From Catajapyx aquilonaris (taxonomy: Eukaryota), in the NCBI GenBank assembly GCA_000934665.2, contig KZ538439.1:1-64000 (forward strand): a DNA stretch of 64,000 nucleotides, given 5' to 3'. A program made the translations under genes and the position numbers. Positions 39,501 to 51,800 of the stretch are shown piece after piece. A model generated the notes under the pieces. That model was not told where the DNA came from, searched no databases, and saw only the letters and a list, made by a program, of their open reading frames with translations. The stretch's first letter is position 1; each line of letters opens with the position of its first letter.

Positions 39501-40101
39501 CTTGTGAGCTAATTGTTTGGTCATGTTAAAGTCACGTGCGAATGACATTGCCCCTTGCAGGTAGCCCATCTGACGAATCTTCATCCTGAAAGTCAGCTAA
39601 CCTATGTGCCTCCTTTGGCACATAGGTTAGCTGACTTCCAGGATGAAGATTCGGTTTTACGAGTTTCATTCACATTGGCATGCCATCCAATACTGAATGT
39701 TGGATTTTTTCACGTCCGACTTGTGTGCCACTCGATCAAGTTGACAATTTTTTTTTTGAAGCAAGCATGCGTGCTGTAGTCATGCAATCTGAAAAGGGCA
39801 CTGTGAAACAAAGGCATCCGGCATGCTGTGCAATCCATGCCTCACATTTTCTATCGCATGCAGAAACTTTCTCGTAGTGGATCCCATTCCCTCACTCTAG
39901 TATACCCTATTTCAACCCCTCCCTCGAATTTTTTTCTGTCTATGGAAGGGGAGGCAGGAGTAGTAGAGTAGAGCAGAAGTCGGATGAGACGCTTTACACG
40001 ATCCGCTCGTGAAAGTAACGCCTTTTCTGTCAACACTACGAAGGCAGGCATTTATTTTTAGCCCCCCTGACAAATGTCGGACTCACTGCGACACTTTTTT
40101 T

Positions 40102-40180
40102 NNNNNNNNNNNNNNNNNNNNNNNNNNNNNNNNNNNNNNNNNNNNNNNNNNNNNNNNNNNNNNNNNNNNNNNNNNNNNNN
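40102..40180. other. Assembly gap (79 N)
   Basis: N run between poly-T and poly-C homopolymers. Confidence 0.98.
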
Positions 40181-42332
40181 CCCCCCCCCCCCTCTACTTT
40201 CCTCTGCCCCATTCCATCCTTTATGCCCCCGATTACTGCAAAGCTGCAACAAACTCCTGGCGGCAAAGAGGAGCTGGCAATAGAAGGAGGAATCCGTGGC
40301 CCAATCCACTTCGGGATTGCTGATAGGGATCGGAATGTGGCAGCAAACGCCACTGAACTAACCGCAACTTGCTCTAACTCCCTCCGACCGCTGGGGACAC
40401 ATTTGTCCAATCAAGTTGCCCACCAAGCCCCACATTTTCCGGCCCAGCTACTGAACAGGAAGAGAGGACCAGGACCCTACCAGTGAGCCATTACTCAACC
40501 AGAATCATGACTCGCCTCCAGCGTAACACACACTACTAGATACACTCTACTTACACTCTGGTGCTTGCTAAACTTGACCACTGTTCAGTTTCTCGTGGGT
40601 AATGTATGTTGATTAATGCACGGTAATTAATTTGAATACGTTTACTGGCTGGAGTGTTTATCAACAATTGATTATTTATGGGGCGTTTGTTGGGAGATGG
40701 AAGAGATGCAGTGTGCGGTTTGACCTATATGCTGGAGGCTGGGAATTTGGTCTCACTGGGCATTATTTACGCGCAGGTGCCTGATGTGTATCATGCCAAA
40801 TAGGGAGTAAAATATTCATCTCAGAATACATAATGATGTAAACAAAGTAACACAACAGAGGGGGGGGGGCAAAGTTGTAGCCATCAGGAATATGCAGCAT
40901 ATTGAAACAGGTGTTGTATTCAACTACAGTATATTGCGCCAGCAGTGAAACAAGTTACGTAATGAGCGTGTTGTGAAACATAATAATAAAATAACACATT
41001 TTAGTGGAATTTTGGAATATGCTTTGCATAAAATAACAGTATAATTTTGTTATCTCTCTCATTTCCCTAAATATTTATTCAATAACTAGTGCACCAATAT
41101 TTACGCTATATTAATGATGTTGAACTTATGCTGATGCAGAAAATATCTTAGGTTAAATCAAAAACAGGGCGTAAAATATTTTACTCCAATTACACAAAAA
41201 TTTCTTACTTTCATTTTAGGTTATTACAGTGGCACTACGCAATCCAGAGTTTGTCCTTGTTACTAATTGTTGGTAACAATGAACAAAATATTCAGTGATA
41301 CTGGCACCACTGGTACCACAAGACCTCATGAATACTGTACACTCTCCTCACCTACCAATAAAAAATCTTCCAATTTTCCACTCTCTCCGTCTGAAACTGA
41401 TGGAGTTATGTGTACCAGTCCGAAGTTTTCAGGTAAATAACAGCATTACGCTGAGCTGGATGCCCCAAAAATGTTTCCAATGTCACCACTTCCACCCTGT
41501 CTACTCTACTGACCGTGGTTTCTGCCACCTGCCATTATCACCTCCCATCTAAATCCTGCTCTGCCAAATATTTTTGGTCTCCGGTCTACCCTTTTGGTCG
41601 TTTTTGGCCTCAGCCGATGTAAAAGGATTACCTCCGGTACCACTAACTTAATTCTTTTCGGAGATAATAGCAAAATGCAATATTTTCGAGTCAATAGGAC
41701 ACCTAAAACGAGTTTTCGCAACTATTTCTATTTCTAAAATGACTCAACATGAGTTAAACGAAGTTTACGCTTAGAGGCGTAAAAAACTGTTAAACATTTA
41801 GGGCGCAAAGTATGTGAACATGACTTTTGCTGTAGTGCATTCGAGTTGATAAAGAGACATTACCCAAACAAAACAAAACATTTTGCCCACTTTTGTTGTA
41901 GCTGCATGAATGCAAATAGGTTACATAAGAAGCGTGCGAAAGAAAGTGTCTTCACTCACGCTACTGGCACATAATTAAGACCCAGTTTTTTGGACTCTTC
42001 ACGTGCTTCTACGTATAAAAGTCAGTCTCTCTAATTATAATTCCACTTTTTGACAAATAGAAACGGGACCTATAGGTGACTTGTAGAGTATACACTCTGA
42101 CTTCTTCCATTTACTAGCAAGTTCTGGCACCACGAATTTCCACATCAAAAGCCTCCCTGAATGTACATCGCCTTGACACTGCAACTTTCAAAGCACTGAC
42201 CTGCCGTCCCAAGACATCCCCCCATATCTACTGCATGTGCATGTAACTTACATCGCAGATAGAAAAGCCACGACAGAGGGAAAGAGAGTGCTCTTGAGAT
42301 ACAGGCTAGGGGAGGGGGGTAGGAGGGGGGGG

Positions 42333-42345
42333 NNNNNNNNNNNNN
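42333..42345. other. Assembly gap (13 N)
   Basis: N run flanked on both sides by GGGTAGGAGGGGGGGG. Confidence 0.98.
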
Positions 42346-42832
42346 GGGTAGGAGGGGGGGGGAGAGTACATTTTTGCAAAAAGCTGAGGCGGAGTGAAAA
42401 CGAAACCTTTTGGAGCAGCAATTAGATTTGCATGTTTGGATTTGGAAGCGACGAGGGGAGGAGGGAAAGAGAGGACGAGCGGGGAGAGGTATAGGCAATC
42501 CTATGGGATCCCCCCCGGAAGAGGCCTCCATAATGGAGGAAGCATGTTGGTTCGCTTCCACTCCTGGGTCACCATCCCCTGGGTCACCCCCTATCACATG
42601 CCACCTCCCAAACACACACCCATATGGCATATTCATACATGGTTGGACGGATAGGTACAAGGTGCACACGCGTTATGTGGGCAGCGCGGATTGTACTATA
42701 TTCCCCTCCCCCGGTACTGTATATTCTGCGTACATCCGTGCACTTGAAGGATTTTCAATTGCGGCCGAGTAAATGGCAACGAGCCCCCCTTTTTTTGTCC
42801 CTGGATACTGCAGCAGCCAGTATAACAAGTGT

Positions 42833-42846
42833 GTTGCCTAGGAAAC
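42833..42846. promoter_or_regulatory. RFX X-box motif
   Basis: GTTGCCTAGGAAAC fits the canonical GTTNCC-N2-GGNAAC palindromic X-box. Function untested. Confidence 0.4.
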
Positions 42847-45800
42847 GGATCATGCAACCTCCTCTTAATCTCTTCCGTTCTGATTTGCTTCCTGTGCATA
42901 CAATACCGTCACACTTGAAGGGATTTCTAGCAGGTATAGCTAGCGCACACGGCAAGGTTACTCATGGAATCACCGGCTTTTAAGCACACTAATTTGTTTG
43001 AAGCCCTTCACTGCTGGAGCAAGCAGCAGTAGCAACTCACATTTCGGCATAATGATACGAGCGCATTCATTATTAAGCGCGAATGTGTCGCGTTTGACAA
43101 TGCTAATGAATGACGAACACGTTCGTGCTCATAAAGAAATGTATTTAATGTGAATGCGCGCAAAGGTCCATTCCGAGCAGAGAATTACAGTCCATTCAGA
43201 GCACAGTATGGCTGCATTCACCGGGGTGACCTGGATCATGTCTTTTCCGAGCAGAGAGCACCATATAATTTGCCCCCAGGTAAAAAAAATTGTATGTTAA
43301 TTGTTCTGGAAAACTTGCACCAGGTCCATGTGCGTGTGAAACCACATGGGGAGGGTAGCGTTTTAGTAACCATTAACCATATGGCGCACTTCCAGCCTTG
43401 ACTGACAGTTTTTGCCAGCCTTTCACTCAATTTGCGCTAATTCGCATTTGATTTGAGTAATGACGAAAAACGAATGGCAAATATATCATTGGGGGAGCAA
43501 CGTGAAGAATGATGCATTTCAGCATTCCAAATAACAATATTGATTTGCCGCCCGCTTAATGTCTCTTCAGGGGCTGAGGGTTCAACTGATCCCGTTTTGT
43601 TGGGCCCTTTGTGATGCTAAACTATCGGTTGGCGGCCAATTATTTAGGTATGTAATTTGAAGAGAGGCAGTCCTCTCTGGTTGCTTTCAATCCCTGCTTC
43701 TCTTAATACTAATGAATATTCTTGGCTGTTTCCGCTGCTGCTGCATGGCCTCCTTCCCTCGTGTATAAGTCGCTCTGAGTTTGCACACCTGCTCTACCTA
43801 TTTGCACGCAAAACATAAATAGCTCGACCTTAGTTGAGCACAAGAGCACTGCTATAGTAGTGCTAGGAGCCAAAGGCTTTAGAAATAGCGACGTGGATCG
43901 ATAGCCATTCCTTTCCGCCGCTACTTAACCATTTTTTCCACCTCTTCCTGCCCAGTAAGAATACTGTACTTGTCCAAACGGTGTATAAAAATTGGAGCCA
44001 GTTGGTACAGGCATACCCTACCGACCTCAGAAAGCGTTAAGGCACGCATTTTATGAAATAATGCATCGATTATTCCGGGCAGGGAAATAGATTGTTAGGG
44101 GCGACACAAAACGCAATAGCAAGGAACATAAGACCGGTTACAGGATCGTAACTGGGACGCCATAAGAGGCCCCTTTTCCTATTGAGTCGCAAGCAAACTG
44201 CTTTGGCAGCAGGTCTAGCGAGCCCATTGTGAGCAGCTCCCCTCTTTACATTTCCCAATTTCCACATCCAGCTCCCCTCCACCCACCCTTCCTCCCTATT
44301 CCACCCTACGTCTTTTCTTCCTCCCGAAAATCATCGGAGCAAGCTCCACTTTCGACGCCAAATTTAATATTTAATTCATTTCCTGGCAAGTAGTTTCTAT
44401 GAGACTGGTGGGAGAGAGTCGGCTCGCTTATTCCCAAACCGACACCGAGCTCGCTTCTGCTCCTGCTCCTGCTGCTTCGGTGGCTGCAGCAACGGCTACT
44501 GCAGGGGGCTCAAATTTTGCCAAAAGGGCCCATAAAGGGGATTTGTAACTCCTTAAACTCCTGAACGCATTCACCTGCCTCGCGTACTTTCCACACGCTC
44601 GTTTGCACCCCTCAACCAACAAGCGACATGACTTTGCTCGGACCCTATACTCCCCGAATCTAGCACGCATTTATTACCCCAAGTTTCCGCCCTTCTCCTG
44701 CTCAACAGTAAATGCGACGCGTAAATGGCAGCGTAGTTCCCGCCATTTTCTTGCCGACCGTTATATAACCGCCACTTTCTCGCTGACCGTTACGTAACTC
44801 AATCCGACGTCATCCTGCCTCACCGGAACAATATCCTAGCAACTATCGAATTCTTTTTGTCTCTCCCCCTACCCTGCACCCACCCCACTGTTCCTTTTTT
44901 AGCGAGTATATCAGGCGATGGCGTGAATAAATAATCGGAGCAGCAGGCGCGCCGATTCCTCGCCATGCAGCCGCGCAATTAAACCCGCATCAACAACACA
45001 CGTGTTCCGCACACCACGCTCTTGTTAATAACCCGAGCGCCTCATCATGCCCTGATTTTCGCTCAATTGGCCTTTTCCCAGCACGGTGCCAAGGGAAATC
45101 CCTTGCCAGCATGCAGCAGGACTGGCCCCGTGGACATTGTTGCAGCCCGAGTGGTGGTTCCCATAAGGAGCTGGGGGGGGAAGGCCTATTCTAAACACGA
45201 GATACCCAGGCGGGTCGGTCTGGCTTTCCTTTGATCAGCTGGAAAGCCCAGCACTCCCTCTTCAAGTCCGGCCTTTGTGCAGAGCAATTAAGGTTATTTT
45301 AAGGCCGTGTTACCTGCTGACCCCGCCCTACCCCCACCTCTCTTTCACTGCACTACTACTAGTTGCCCCCACGTGCACGCAACTTCACCTGGCCCATTTT
45401 TATTCATCAAGCTTAGCCTTTAGCTGGATAGGAAGGTATTTTTTTGCGACGCGTGACAAATTCAAACGAATATTTGCCACTTACGGAATTTGGCTTTCAT
45501 GGGAATGGTACGAATTGACCAGCAAAAACATCCGAGTTCCAAAAAGGCAGTGGGCTAAATGGTTAAAAACAGAGCTGTGCCCCCCAGGTACAGGCTCTCC
45601 AATTAACCCCACGCAGGCGACCTGCTTCCATTTTTCAGAACCAATCTTGTTACTGGACGTAAAAAAAAGCGGAGCGAAGTGGGAGGGGGCAAAACAGCGT
45701 TGATACAAAATATGAGCTTGTAGCTACGTTGGCAGCTGGCTATTGGATATTAATCAGCTGGTGTTACCAAATGAAGCCTCAACTCAATTAGGCCACCATC

Positions 45801-48800
45801 ACTTTGCTGCCTTTTTGGCAAAGCGAGTGAGTGGACCCTTGCTGATTAATTCCTCCCACGCCCCCTTCCAACACCAACCCTCATAATCCTTCCAAGGGAT
45901 GCGTTTGCCAAATGCACTACAAGCGCCAAATTCGCACTATGATTATAGTAGCCACTAAAAGCTGAGTGTAGGTACGGCGGGCCAGCACTACTATGTGACA
46001 TCTCGGTTAGCGCTAATGAGAGTCGAAAATTTAATATTTTGTGCGTTATTACTGTAGACAGTGTGTGTTTCACTTGCAGGTCCATTCATGCATGGCATAC
46101 ATTGTCGAATACTCGGCGAGAACTCTCGGCAAAACATCCCCTCTGTAAATACGCATTGTGCACGTGAATACACATGTGGGGAAGGGAACAGGACAAATCG
46201 TCGAGAGGCCCAAAAATAATGTGGGGTTTCCATGGTCACCGGTAGGTACAGGAGAGCTGAAAGTAGTCGAGTGCTGGGGAGGCAGGATGAAAAGGGAAGA
46301 GAGGGCTAAACAGAGGACACGTCCCTATGGGATGAGGGGCTCAAGTGCTGCTGTTAAGCTTTTCATAACTTCCGCCATATTTACTGGGCTTGGAAATAAT
46401 TCCCGCTCATAGCTGCTGCGCCTATTACCCGCTTACAGTGGGCACCATTTCGGGAAGCACTTGGGTACGTCTAGTAGTACGAAAATATTTTTAAACCTGC
46501 TGGCATATTCTACAGGCAGGGTGCAGTGTCATTCAGAAAAGATTTAAGAGGGATTCGGCCACGCAAAGGATAATTTATTGGTGACGTATGTGGCAGTTAA
46601 AATTAGGGCGAAAGTTTCGGAAGTAATCCTACGGACAACTCGTTCTAGTTGGCGGCGATGTCACCAGGCAGGCTGGGAAGCTCGCTCGAACTTTGTCCAT
46701 GGAGTGCGCCCTATTCCTCCCTGTCCCTGCCGCAGTAGTGCACTTCCTAACGACATGTAGCGCAGTAGCCATAAGACCTAATGGACAAAGGTCTCTCCGT
46801 CCATCATGCAAAATGCACACACCATGTCTCTAGTCTCACGAAACAAAGACACATGTGTAAATTTAGTAAGAGCACCTAATTTCTCCTCGCAAACATTATT
46901 GAGAGAGAATGCTGAATAAACTTTTTTGTCTTCAAATCAAGTTTCTCTCTCTTCATTTGACACAAACCATATATATCTTCATTTCTCTGAATAATTAATT
47001 CCCTACATGGTTCATCCTTCAAGAGCCACTTAGGCTTTCTCTTCATTATTAATAGGTGCAAGTAATGGACATGGACGAACGGTGAGCAAAATGGACCTGA
47101 ATCCCAGTGGAGACTAGAAGGTTATTCGAGATTGCACGTGAGCAGGAGGGTAATACACCCACCTTTTCACAGGGGGGGTCAGAGGGACTTAATCCCGAAA
47201 CATTGGCTTTCCACCGCCAGTGAATGCCCCGAAATGGCTACACAAACTTCCTGATACTTCATCCATTAGCAGAGTCTGTTAACGGCCACTATCCGATTCA
47301 TATATTGCGCTGGGGCCTGCTAAGTCTCACTGAGGACACGTTTCCGCTAATGAGACCAGTTTCGTCACCGAATAGACTAATCCAAGTTCGTCTCTTAGAG
47401 ACCACGCTGTGAAAGTGCCCCCAGCGTTTGTTATCAATACATTAGTTGGCGAGATTTGAAATAATTACCTTCGATAGGTGTCAGCTCTAGTCAGTGGAGT
47501 AATAACCCAAAATGGGAACCGAGTATGGCCCTAAAGCACTAAAAGTCATTATAAATGACATATTGTAATAGAAAATATTATTATACTGTATAATAAATAT
47601 TAATGGCATAAAATGATGTAATAATAGCCTATAAATTAAAAACGCATTGTGTGCAAAATAAGGAGTGCAATCTTTTGGTCAGAAATATTTTGCGACCGTG
47701 AATAATAAGATACATAAATGTACCGCCTCAAGTAGTATTGAATGAAACTTTCAGATCGAGTTTATGTGTAGGCAGTAGACACATATCAAGAAAATGTTTC
47801 AGTAAAAGCCGAATGCGCGTTTCCTAATATTTCAAAGTTTTGTAATACCGGAGGGAGTGCATCATCGCGAGTTCAGATAAAATATTTACAGCATACCTAC
47901 AGATTTCATTTTAGACATTTTGCACTGTAGGCATGCTCAAGAAATTATGAAGATTCTCCATACCTATACTGGCGCAGTATCTTGAACCCAGAACTAAGTT
48001 TCTGCTAAATCTAGTACATCACAAGCTCTATATATTACGGATTTGAAAGGCCGCAACAGCCAATCATACGCCTCGTTACAGGTCCAGACCCCAAACTGCT
48101 GCGACATAGCTAGTCCAGCGGAATTGGTATAAATAAAGCAGGGACACCATAGTCAGCAAGATTCAAACGGCCACAAGGCATAACTAGAACATCTGTATGC
48201 TCCAAAATCGATGTCCCCTAGGGCAAATTTCCCCCCCAAAAAATGCTCAGGAACAAAAGGCAAATTTGGCAAATATGCTTGTCCTCCTTTCTCCCTCCAG
48301 TTTTTTTGAGCCTATTATTGCAGGCCCTGCAGGCGATGCAAATGCGGGCATAAAAACGGTGCCTGCAGGGAAAAGTCCTCTCGCAGATAAGAGCGACACA
48401 AAAGGGCCTCTTCTGGAAACAAGCACAAAAAGGGCGCAACTTGTGTATATGTATAAAAGTAGAGTATCATGGGCTGGGAACTGCAAGCCGTCGCTTTTCA
48501 CGGGCTCTCGGGAAAAAGCATTCAAAAGCGCACGACTGGCACTTTTGTAAGGTTTTTGTCAGCCAGAACCCCCAACCTTCCCAGTCCTCACATCTACCAT
48601 CCTCAGAAGCTACTTCTGATCAAATGCGAAACCTATTCGTTGCATGTTGCGATCGGAGATACTCAAATTCGATGGGTTCTCATTTACTCTGAGCCGTTTT
48701 CACCAGGTACAGGCGACTTATCATCAGCTCAAGATGTCACTCAAATATGGGAGTCACTTTTATCAGCACTAGCGGCATGATAATAATCGTTTGAGTAATA

Positions 48801-51800
48801 TCGCAAAACGTCACTGCTATTTGCTATTTATAGTGCTGGCTCAGAGCTCCGCGAAATAATTCGCAAAAATTATGAGGCGGGAAAGGCTATGAGGCAATTA
48901 AGTCCCATTAACAAGCCTATAAAGATTATCTAATTGCTCTAGCTCACTTGCAATGCTACTATCTGGCTGAAGGAGTGAAACTGCACCTGATTTATTATTT
49001 CCGAAGTAACGTGGTGCCTGGGGGTTATCAAAGCCCGATGTCTAATTTAAAACGTGCCATCGCGAATTTAACTGACTGACCAGTACTATGTACAGTGCGT
49101 TTTTTTTATCAGGTACAACTTCGTTTGTTCACCGGTGTTAAGCCGGTTCGAAACAGCCCTGAATTGGATCCCACAGGTATTCAACAGAGCATGTTCCTCA
49201 AAAAAAGTTGATTTTATGACGCGCCTAAAATCAACTCATGCAACGCGCCTGTACAGTTCTGAGTTCCTCCCAAGAGATTTCCGTTTGATGAAGGCCACCG
49301 CTTACAACCGCAATCTGTGAATGCCTTTGAAGCTGCAAATATGTTATACAGACCGCAACTTGTCCGTTCCCATGCTTGAATTAACAGAGGCAAAAAAATT
49401 GGACACAGTTTATCATCAAAAACCTAATTGGCTCTGGTTAAGAAGGTAGGTCCTGAAAAGGAAGCTATGCAATGTTTTCATTTGGTGCAGATCCCAAGGC
49501 AGAAAAAGCGGGTCTTGTAGCAGTCGATCAAAGTCTATTAGGGGATTACAAGATTGGCGGCGGTTTGCCCATCAATTCCCTAACCCCGAACCACACACCC
49601 CATCTTGCCCTACTCTACTCTCCCCATTTTCCTTTTTGCCTAGAAATAAGACCATGAGGGAAAATTTTTCCGGAGCTTGCCAGACAAAGGAAACTATCTT
49701 CATCCCGTTTTACCTAACAAGCTATGAATTCCAGATTAGGGACAGAGTCGGAATGGGTCCTGATTACGTTTTGGTGGGTGGTGGGTGCCGATCTATTTTT
49801 TTTTAAAAAAAAGGGGGGGGGGGAATAAAATTGGAGTGTCCTGAGGCTGTATAGCGGTTCGCCATTATGTAAATGCAAAGCATGAGGTTGTATGGTCCAT
49901 TTTATGCCATATCCATTTAGCCTTTTTTCACTACCTATCTGCAACACAGCCTTCTCCTCATTCAGAACCCCGACCTTGTCATCATTTATATCCTTCAGGT
50001 AGGAACTTGGGTAGGAAGACAACAACATCCAACCCCCCAAAAAATGGAATAAAAATGTGGCTCATATCTATTTATCACCATCAAGAAAGTTTGGAACTAG
50101 AGCCTGTTATGCATATTTGCCTTCTTATTTTGTGGAAGTTAAAAGAGCAGGCAGATGAAGCCCGCTTGTTAAAAATTAAGGTGTAAATGGAGAGTTTTTT
50201 TTTATATATCCAGCTTTGCGAAGGATTCCTGGCCCCTATCCCATTTCTTTCCATTTCTTCCCCCTTCCTCTCTCCCTTGCTTCAACTTTCCTTCGCTAGT
50301 TGGTAAACTTTTTCTCGCTTGGGATATTAAGACATTTCTGATTATGTACTCCAGTTGCGAGCGGAAGTAGACCTTCCACATTTTGCTCTCGAAAAGGGGA
50401 AAAAGAAACTTTTTTTTTCAGGCAATCAAAAGAATCGAGGGAATGGGAAATGTGTCATTTATGCCAGTTTTCTTGGATCAACATGGACAAACGGTTCTCT
50501 CTTCGTTGAAAACTACTATGCAAAAATGGCTCAAGTTATTCGACAGTCTTCTGCCCTGATTCACTCATTCAGAATACAGGAGGGTGGAAACAAAACCGCA
50601 CAAAAGACTCGTTATCTAGCTGAAAATGCTAGTCTGGGAACGACCTAGACAGTTGCATATTAAATATTTCCTGGGTGCCATCGTAGCCTCATTATGAGCA
50701 ATCAGGGCTATAAACAGTGGCCAAATTATTGATTCTAGATTCTAAATTAAGGACTAATGTGTTCTTGTGCACTTTGCAAAATAATGCTTGAATCTGGATG
50801 AAAGTACCTGCGTTTTTGGTCACTAAAATGTTTTCTAATATTATGCAGACTTAAAATGACGATTTTTTTTGGCTTCCGTGGACTACACCATTTAAAGGCC
50901 CTTCCCCCCTTGCGCCTAATTTCCCCAAGGGTCACATTCAGCGTCCCGCTTTTTTTCCTTCCCTTATTTTTTTGGGAGAGGCTACACCACATCGTTCCAC
51001 TTTCCCAAAATTTCGAGCCAATAAAGTAGGAAAATTGCATAACCAGTGACACGCCAAGCCACTTTCTTTTTCACCTCTTATATAACGATGAGTAGGTATG
51101 CGCCATATTAATGAATCCTGTAATTTGCAGGAGGCAAAAATGCCAGAAAGACATGCTAGCCATATGCAAAATTCATCATTGCTGACGTGGAGTAGAACCA
51201 TTATAATGCAGGGTGTGTTGTAATGATTTTGATCAACTTTTAGAGTTGTTGGCACCCGGTGATAATTTTATATGAGTGTCATACAATTTCCTATTGCACT
51301 GGATATTACTACATTTAATGAGCTCAGAGTTTTAGTTGCTATTGCATTGTAATATTTTCAGTTTAAATTTAAAGGGCATGCAATATGAGGCACACATGCT
51401 AGAATTACCATGTGTTTTTGAAACTCATTATCTCAATAACGAGGCTAATCATTACAAGCAAACTGCTCCTCTAGTGCCCAGAAACCCTTAGAAGTTTGAC
51501 ACCCCCTGTAGAAGGGCAATAAAAACTTTCAAAACTTGCAAGAAAAGCAGCATCTGTCTTATTATTTTGCCCAAAAAAACTCTAATTAATTAGCAACATT
51601 TCCAGAAACGCCAACCGTGTCAGAATCCCCTAAAAATTAGTGCGTAATAATCCGGATTGGCAGCAATTTCCTCGACTAATTGGCGAGCACTCCTAAGATT
51701 TATTTCCGCGTGTTGATTTGACAAACGAAGGCGGACCCAAATCAATCCCCTTTCAATCAGCAGCAACGCCAGCAGCGACGTGGAGTGGCTGAAAAGGTCA

